Shown here: piece after piece, positions 57,915-64,000 of the stretch
Numbering within the stretch: position 1 is the first letter of the stretch
Layout: every line of letters starts with the position of its first letter
From: Clostridiales bacterium
Lineage (GTDB): Bacteria > Bacillota > Clostridia > Oscillospirales > Oscillospiraceae
Assembly (NCBI GenBank): GCA_022774865.1
Contig: JALFLH010000031.1
Span: forward strand, 26,225-90,224
DNA length: 64,000 bases
Direction of reading: 5' to 3'
The notes under the pieces: generated by a model
What the model saw: the letters and a program-made list of their open reading frames with translations, nothing else
Told to the model about the DNA's origin: nothing
Database searches by the model: none
Translations under genes and position numbers: made by a program

Positions 57915-59315
57915 TTATTTCTGCGGGTACATTTCCTTCGCGTTGGGGTCGGGGTGCAGCATGACACCGTCGCGGGAGAGAATGGAACGCAATTCCTGCA
58001 CATCCACCTGACCGGGGGTGCAGCCGTGTCTGACTGCCAGCGCGGCGCCCACACCGGCGCCCTGTCCCATGGCCATCAGCGGCGGCATGACCCGGCAGGA
58101 GGACAGAGCCACTGCATCCATGGAGGCACAGCGGCCGCTGAACATCAGGTTGGAAATATCCCGGGAGACCGTACAGCCGTAGGGAATGCCGTAGGGCTTG
58201 ACCTTCTTGACGATGGTGCCCGCGCCGTTGCCGTCGTGGATGTCGATGATGTAGGAGCCAAGGCCGATGGTGGTGTCGCCGATCACGCCGTTCAGCAGAT
58301 CGTCCTCGGTCAGCGTGTCAATTCCGTGGAAACGGCGGCTTTCCCGGATGCCGATGAAGGGGTAGATCCGGGTCAGCGTGGCGTTTTCAAAGCCGGGCAG
58401 ATACTTGCGGAGGACTTCAATCAGCTTCAGATTCTGAATGTGACCCTCAATCTCGGCCCGGGTCAGATCCCGTACATCGCTGCCGTCCACACCCAGATGG
58501 CGGGTGCAGTTCAGATTGACACGGCCGGGAGTCAGGGTTTGAATGGAGATCAGCGTGTCCCGATCCACAGGCAGAATTCCGTCGGCTTTCAACTCGGTAA
58601 AGAGCTTGCGGAATGCCACAATGACATGGTGGTTGGGGTTGGAGCGGTAGTAGCTGGCGTCGTAGCCCGGATAGGTTTCCACGGTTGGAGCCAACTGGGT
58701 CTGCTCGGGATGGGCTTCCAGATAGGCGATTACCTTTTCCTCGTCCACGCCGTCCACGGTGCACATCAGCGTGGGAGGCTGGAGGGTTCCGGTGCCCTTC
58801 TGCCCTTTTTCAAAGGTCGCGCCGGCCATATACCCCACATCGCCATCGCCGGTGGCATCAATGAACACCTTGGCGCTGACCTCCATCCGGCGGCCTTTGC
58901 CGAAGAGGGTAATGGATTGGAGCGTTCCGTTTTCCACGTTGGTGTCGATAACCTGTGTGTGCAGCAGAAGTTCGACTCCGGCGTCCAGGCATTTTTCAAA
59001 TGCCACGATTTTGAATACCTCGTCATGATAGATCGTGACGGAGTCGTGCATGGGACACCAGTGGTGGGGACTGCAGGCACCTTTTTCAGTCAGCGCATCC
59101 ACAAATTCCTGGGCGATTCCCCGGATGACCTGATTGCCGTCCTTGTCCAGATAGCCCAGCAGCGGCAGCCCGATGGTCAGATTGCCTCCCAGATACCCGT
59201 TTTTCTCCACCAGAAGAACCCGGGCGCCCTGACGGGCGGCGGCGATGGCAGCGGGCAGGCCGCCGGGGCCTCCGCCGACAACGACCACGTCATATTGCAG
59301 CGTTTCCAGTTTCAT
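57915..59315 (-). CDS. FAD-dependent oxidoreductase (PF12831-like), paralog 5
   Basis: [38 protein letters not shown]. Start at ATG 59315, 8 nt after GGAGG; the track start at 59330 lies inside the RBS. Confidence 0.8.
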   Translation of the reverse strand: MKLETLQYDVVVVGGGPGGLPAAIAAARQGARVLLVEKNGYLGGNLTIGLPLLGYLDKDGNQVIRGIAQEFVDALTEKGACSPHHWCPMHDSVTIYHDEVFKIVAFEKCLDAGVELLLHTQVIDTNVENGTLQSITLFGKGRRMEVSAKVFIDATGDGDVGYMAGATFEKGQKGTGTLQPPTLMCTVDGVDEEKVIAYLEAHPEQTQLAPTVETYPGYDASYYRSNPNHHVIVAFRKLFTELKADGILPVDRDTLISIQTLTPGRVNLNCTRHLGVDGSDVRDLTRAEIEGHIQNLKLIEVLRKYLPGFENATLTRIYPFIGIRESRRFHGIDTLTEDDLLNGVIGDTTIGLGSYIIDIHDGNGAGTIVKKVKPYGIPYGCTVSRDISNLMFSGRCASMDAVALSSCRVMPPLMAMGQGAGVGAALAVRHGCTPGQVDVQELRSILSRDGVMLHPDPNAKEMYPQK

Positions 59316-59541
59316 GATGATTACCTCCATGGTGATTTGAGGAATGAAATAAACCCGGTTTGTTTTGTAGACATTCTACATAACTATGTTATCCTGCGGT
59401 TGAAAAACTGTCAATGTTCCTAATTTCTGGTTTCTTGTTCAATTTTATAATTTTCATTTCCCCGGTGGCTGCGGGAGTTGACAATTTTTCGGCCATGCGG
59501 TATGCTGAACATACAGCGACCCAACAGAGAAGGAGAAAACC

Positions 59542-61152
59542 ATGTACAAGGCAATTATCATCGACGATGAAGAGACGGTCAGAACCGGCCTGCGCCAGCA
59601 TTTTGACTGGGAAATGCACGGCGTGACCGTGGTGGAGGAATTTCCGGATTGCGCCAAGGCATATGCCTATGTGCAGGAAAACCCGGTTGATCTGGTGATT
59701 ACGGATGTGATTACACCCTATATGGACGGAATTACATTTGCGAAAAAACTCCAGAAGGAGTATCCCTCCATTCAGATTGTGTTCATCAGCGGTCACGCGG
59801 ATGTCCAGCTTCTGCGGGAAGCGCTGAAGAGCGACGCGTTCGACTACATTTTGAAATCGGTTGATCTGGAGGAGCTGTCCGTGACCATCACCCGGGTGGT
59901 CAAGCTGCTGGACAGCCGAAACAAGGAGAAACAGCGCGTGATGGACATGGAGGATAAGCTCCATGAACTGCTCCCGCTGCATCGGGAACGTCTGCTGCAA
60001 ACACTGCTGGAAGGGGACTATGACGCGGTCTGCGCGCCCTATTTGGGGTTGAACCTGGACACCATGGCCAAATATGTGTGTATGGTGATCCGGCTGACCA
60101 ATAAATGGCACGTCTGCAAAAATCTGACCGGCACCCAGCGGCTGACGCTGGGTATGGAGTGCGAGCGGCACTGCAACGAGGCAATCGCGGACAAGCCGAA
60201 CAGCGTTTCCTTCAAAAATCGGGTTTCGGAATACGTGGTGATTCTGAAATGCGAGTCGGCGGATTATGAGCAGGATGTGCTGGAGGTGTCCAACCGGATT
60301 CAGAAAGCCCTGCTGGATAATCTGGAGCTGGAGACTTCCATCGGCATCAGTGAACCGGCCATGCTGTCAAACTTCAAGGATGCCTATGAGGAAGCCTGTG
60401 AGGCCATTGAGCAGCGGTATTATCTGGCGGAAAACACATCGATCGCCGTGAAGAAGTACATGGAGGTTGATGATCTGAAAGCCGCCAGGGAATACGCGGA
60501 GAAACAGCTTCCGGAGGCGATACTCAGCGGCCAGACTGCTCAGGTGGATGAGGTGCTGAATCATTCGTTCGCCTGCATCCGCTCCATGCCTCAGGAGGAA
60601 CAGGAAAACTATACGCTGTTTCTTCTGATGCTCCCGGTACGGACCCTGCCCGGCCTGAAAGCCCGGGAGGACAGCCCCTACCGCAATCAGCGGCGTCTGG
60701 TGGAGCACTGGCTGAGCTGCCCGTCCCATGTGGAGCAGGAGCAGTTTATCAGGCAGATTATGACAGATACCACCGAACTGCTCCAGCAAAGCAACGAGCC
60801 GGGCACCAGTTCTCTGGTGCGGCAGATCATGGCGATCATTGACGAGCAGTACATGGAGCAGATTTCCGTGGCCAGTCTGGCTGACCAGGTGCATCTGACG
60901 CCGACTTATCTGTGTGTGCTGTTTAAGCAGTCCACGGGAAAGACAATCAATGAATACCTGACCTCCGAACGGATTCGCCACGCCAAGGAACTGCTGCGGG
61001 ATCCGGCCGTGCGGCTTTATGATGTGTGCTATCAGGTGGGCTATCTGTCCCCCAGCTACTTTTCCCGCCTGTTCAAGAAGCAGACCGGTATGCCGCCCGG
61101 AGAGTACCGTTTCAAGGCGCTCAGCGACAATCCGCCGAAAGGAAATGCGTGA
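59542..61152 (+). CDS. two-component response regulator with AraC-type output (YesN-like)
   Basis: Receiver domain (IIIDDE, phospho-acceptor LVITDVITPYMDG) and a C-terminal AraC HTH (YQVGYLSPSYFSRLFKKQTGMPPGEYR). Confidence 0.9.
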   Translation: MYKAIIIDDEETVRTGLRQHFDWEMHGVTVVEEFPDCAKAYAYVQENPVDLVITDVITPYMDGITFAKKLQKEYPSIQIVFISGHADVQLLREALKSDAFDYILKSVDLEELSVTITRVVKLLDSRNKEKQRVMDMEDKLHELLPLHRERLLQTLLEGDYDAVCAPYLGLNLDTMAKYVCMVIRLTNKWHVCKNLTGTQRLTLGMECERHCNEAIADKPNSVSFKNRVSEYVVILKCESADYEQDVLEVSNRIQKALLDNLELETSIGISEPAMLSNFKDAYEEACEAIEQRYYLAENTSIAVKKYMEVDDLKAAREYAEKQLPEAILSGQTAQVDEVLNHSFACIRSMPQEEQENYTLFLLMLPVRTLPGLKAREDSPYRNQRRLVEHWLSCPSHVEQEQFIRQIMTDTTELLQQSNEPGTSSLVRQIMAIIDEQYMEQISVASLADQVHLTPTYLCVLFKQSTGKTINEYLTSERIRHAKELLRDPAVRLYDVCYQVGYLSPSYFSRLFKKQTGMPPGEYRFKALSDNPPKGNA

Positions 61153-62963
61153 TGAAAGGGAAAAAGCTCCAATTCTCCAAAATCCGTGAGAAAATCACCA
61201 CAAAACAGAGTCCAAGGCGGATCTGGAGCAAAACCATGCTGATCATGGTGCTGATGGTGCTGCTGACACTGATTTCCGTTTTCGTCCTGTTCCGGTTCTC
61301 CGCCGGAAGCATGGAGAATCATCTGAGCAGCTCTCTGCAGCAATCCGTCCAGCAGCGTAAGCTGAATATGGATTTCCGCTTGCGCAGCCTCAGTCAGACC
61401 GCGGAGGATCTGATTTCCATGATCTATCCCTATATGAGCGTGGGGGGCGACCGGGGGGAGCAGCTTCAGGAGTTTGCGGAGCTGAATTCGATTCTCTCCG
61501 CATATACGGGCAATGAGAACATATCCAGTGTCCGCCTGTTTGTACCGGAGAGTAAAATCTACAGCAATCAGGGCGGAACCTTTTACTCCATGTCCGTGCT
61601 GGAAAATGACCCGGACGCGGAATGGATGCCCTATCTGCACAACAGCGGCCTGAGCTGGATCGAAACCCGTTCCGTCTCTATGATCGACAGCGCCAGGGGA
61701 ATTCTGGTTCCGAAGGATGTGCTGACCTGCGCCTATTCCATGCGCCTGCGCTCAAACTATGACCGCATGGCCTGCGTTCTGATGCTGGATGTGGAGGTGG
61801 CAGATTTCAACGAACTGCTCGGCACGGATGAGCCGGATTCACAGTTTGGATACCTGGTCAACGGCGAGGGAAAATGCTTGGCAAGCCCGGATCGCACCCG
61901 GCTGCTTCAGAATGTGATTGACGCCGGCCTGATGGAGCAGATCCGCCAGAATGAATCCGGGTGCCTGAAAAAGAGCAGACGGATTTACGTTTATCAGAAG
62001 CTGGAGGCCAATGACTGGTATATTGTGATGGACTACCCGGCCAGCGTGCTCTCCGTGCTGAACAGCACCCAGGGCAGCCTGCTTCAGGTGATGGTAGTGG
62101 TGGTTCTTGCGGTGGTGCTGACGCTGGTGTTCATTCTTGCCTACAATTTCACGGTCAATATCACGCTTGCCCGCATCAATACCTCGCTGGACGCGCTGAA
62201 CACCGGTCAGGACAGTCAGTTGGAGGAAAAACCGGAATTTCTGGACCCGCTGCATCGGCTGGAGCGCAATGCCGACCAGATGGTGCTGACCGTAAAGGAT
62301 CTGATGGAGGAGCGCTACCGGGACCAGATTGCCATTGCCGAGTCGCAGATGAAATCCCTTCAGGCGCAAATCAAGCCCCATTTCCTTTACAATACGCTGG
62401 ATACCATCAAGTGGATGATTCTGGGGCAGAAAACCGAGGACGCAGCCTGGATGGTCAATGCGCTGTCCCGGTATCTGCGCCAGAGCATCAACAAGGGCCC
62501 GTCCATCATCCCGCTGCGGGAGGAGCTGGAACTGTCCCGCACCTATCTGGAAATCATGCAGAAGCGGTTTGAAAACCGCTTTACCGTCAATTTCGAGATT
62601 GAGGACGCTGCGGCGGATTACATGATCCCCAAGCTGTCCCTCCAGCCCCTGCTGGAAAATGCCCTGCTGCATGGAATCCTCTACTGTGAGAAGCCGGAAA
62701 AGGAACTGACCGTTCGCGCGTGGGCAGGAAAGGACAGTGTTCACATCGAAGTGGAGGACAATGGCAACGGAATGCCGGAGGAAACCAGGCAGAAACTGGA
62801 AAACGGTTCCATCGGTTACGGACTGACCAATGTGCGAAAGCGGCTGAGTTTGTTCGGTATGGAAAAGAGCGAGTTCCAGATTTTTTCCCGGGAAGGGGTG
62901 GGAACCTGCATTGCAATCCGCATTCCCGCCGTTCAGCCGGAGCAGGCGAAGCAGACAACCTGA
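61152..62963 (+). CDS. sensor histidine kinase (YesM-like, His_kinase PF06580 + HATPase_c)
   Basis: TM, sensor domain, TM and HAMP. H-box QIKPHFLYNTLD. N and G boxes (LQPLLENALLHG, DNGNGM, GYGLTNV). The ATG overlaps the regulator's TGA. Confidence 0.9.
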   Translation: MKGKKLQFSKIREKITTKQSPRRIWSKTMLIMVLMVLLTLISVFVLFRFSAGSMENHLSSSLQQSVQQRKLNMDFRLRSLSQTAEDLISMIYPYMSVGGDRGEQLQEFAELNSILSAYTGNENISSVRLFVPESKIYSNQGGTFYSMSVLENDPDAEWMPYLHNSGLSWIETRSVSMIDSARGILVPKDVLTCAYSMRLRSNYDRMACVLMLDVEVADFNELLGTDEPDSQFGYLVNGEGKCLASPDRTRLLQNVIDAGLMEQIRQNESGCLKKSRRIYVYQKLEANDWYIVMDYPASVLSVLNSTQGSLLQVMVVVVLAVVLTLVFILAYNFTVNITLARINTSLDALNTGQDSQLEEKPEFLDPLHRLERNADQMVLTVKDLMEERYRDQIAIAESQMKSLQAQIKPHFLYNTLDTIKWMILGQKTEDAAWMVNALSRYLRQSINKGPSIIPLREELELSRTYLEIMQKRFENRFTVNFEIEDAAADYMIPKLSLQPLLENALLHGILYCEKPEKELTVRAWAGKDSVHIEVEDNGNGMPEETRQKLENGSIGYGLTNVRKRLSLFGMEKSEFQIFSREGVGTCIAIRIPAVQPEQAKQTT

Positions 62964-62969
62964 AAGACA

Positions 62970-63004
62970 ACACCCCTGTTTCCCAATGGCGGAAACAGGG
63001 GTGT
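62970..63004. terminator. bidirectional terminator
   Basis: ACACCCCTGTTTCC / GGAAACAGGGGTGT perfect 14-bp stem between convergent genes. Confidence 0.75.
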
Positions 63005-63052
63005 AATCATGGAACAAGGAGCGGCTGCGGCAGAGCCGGTTATCGGATTTTC

Positions 63053-64000
63053 TCACACGATGACATTCTGCTGCTGGCCGCCGATCCAGGCGGCCAGATT
63101 GTCGAATACAATCTGCGCCCGCAGGCTCATGGATTCCCGGGTCGCAAAGGCAACATGGGGCGTGACCAGACAGTTCTTACAGTTCAGAAGCGGCTCATCC
63201 GGATTCAGGGGAGGCTCCGTGTCGAACACATCAATTGCCGCACCGGCAATGACACCCCGGTTCAGCGCGTCCGCCAGATCCCGCGAGACGACCACCGGCC
63301 CCCGCGCCACATTGATCAGCAGGGCGGTGGGCTTCATGAGCGCCAGCTTCGCGGCGTTGATCATCCCCCGGGTGGAGTCGTCCAGCGGGCAGTGGAGCAC
63401 CACGATATCCGCGTGTCTGAGCAGTTCGTCCTGAGATACCTGCTGGATATATGCCGGAAGATCGTCGTGCTTTGTGCGGCATTGCGCCAGAATTTCTGCG
63501 CCGAACGCATGGAAAATTTCCGCGGAGCGACGGCCGATTTTGCCCAGACCGATGATGCCCACGGTTTTTCCCCTTAGTTCTCCGCCCACCAGACCATCCT
63601 TGGTTGCGCCGGCGCGGCAGCGGTCTTCCACCGCGCGCAGGTTGCGAAGCAGGGACAGCACCATGCCGAGCACCAGCTCAGAAACGGCCTCATTGGAATA
63701 GCCGGAGGCGTTGCTCACGGCGATACCTTTTGCTCTGGCCGCGTCCAGACCCACATGATCCACACCCGTAAAAGCCACATCGATGAATTTCAGATGTTCG
63801 CAGGCGGAGATGACCTCGCCGGGCATGGGCATATTCGCCAGAATCATGACCTCAGCGTCCCTTGCCTCCTGAATCAGGGTCTCCCTGTCCGTGGTTCTGG
63901 CGTAATCCCGGAAAACCCAGCCCTGTTCTTCGAAGGGCTTCTTACGCGCGGCCAGTTCCTCCGCGCTGATGCCCAGCGGCTCCATAATTGCGATTTCTTT
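63053..64000 (-). CDS. D-isomer-specific 2-hydroxyacid dehydrogenase (PGDH-like), 5' end outside the window
   Basis: NAD motif GIIGLGKIGRR and catalytic R/E/H regions (LINVARGPVV, TPHVAF). The frame stays open upstream of the first ATG (..KEIAIMEPLG) to the window edge. Confidence 0.85.
   Translation of the reverse strand, partial: KEIAIMEPLGISAEELAARKKPFEEQGWVFRDYARTTDRETLIQEARDAEVMILANMPMPGEVISACEHLKFIDVAFTGVDHVGLDAARAKGIAVSNASGYSNEAVSELVLGMVLSLLRNLRAVEDRCRAGATKDGLVGGELRGKTVGIIGLGKIGRRSAEIFHAFGAEILAQCRTKHDDLPAYIQQVSQDELLRHADIVVLHCPLDDSTRGMINAAKLALMKPTALLINVARGPVVVSRDLADALNRGVIAGAAIDVFDTEPPLNPDEPLLNCKNCLVTPHVAFATRESMSLRAQIVFDNLAAWIGGQQQNVIV

Overview
This is a 64-kb chromosomal window from a high-GC, spore-forming Firmicute; gene content and codon usage look Clostridia/Oscillospiraceae-like. 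I saw no rRNA, tRNA or CRISPR array.

Main result: the sporulation regulator gene spoVT is split in two. Codons 1-33 lie at 10811-10909 and the remaining 147 codons at 35657-36100. Between them sits a 24,747-bp integrated element (10910-35656). It is bounded by a 9-bp direct repeat, GGCGACCCG, and by 18-19-bp imperfect inverted repeats. A large serine recombinase gene sits at its right end, and that ORF reads in frame across attR into the spoVT 3' half. Joining the two halves at the repeat gives an in-frame 180-aa SpoVT.

The element has no phage or conjugation genes. Its cargo is:
- a roughly 14-kb fructosamine (frl-like) catabolic locus with its own regulators, transporter and kinases
- an IS200 and an IS1182-family IS
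- tnpV, a GNAT gene and a Fic-domain gene
- decay scars: a clpB 3' fragment and a truncated MFS gene

Left flank: a 1561-aa secreted S8 protease, ppdK, lexA, a ferritin-like gene and galE.

Right flank:
- an AraC remnant, a class IV aminotransferase and a PF06541-like membrane protein
- moaA-moaC-mogA/moaB and a MoaE-like gene
- a GATase/ALDH/Fe-ADH trio
- a roughly 19-kb sugar-ABC/YesMN-type locus holding five paralogous FAD-dependent oxidoreductases

Many long ORFs in the track are antisense shadows of these genes and were not called.
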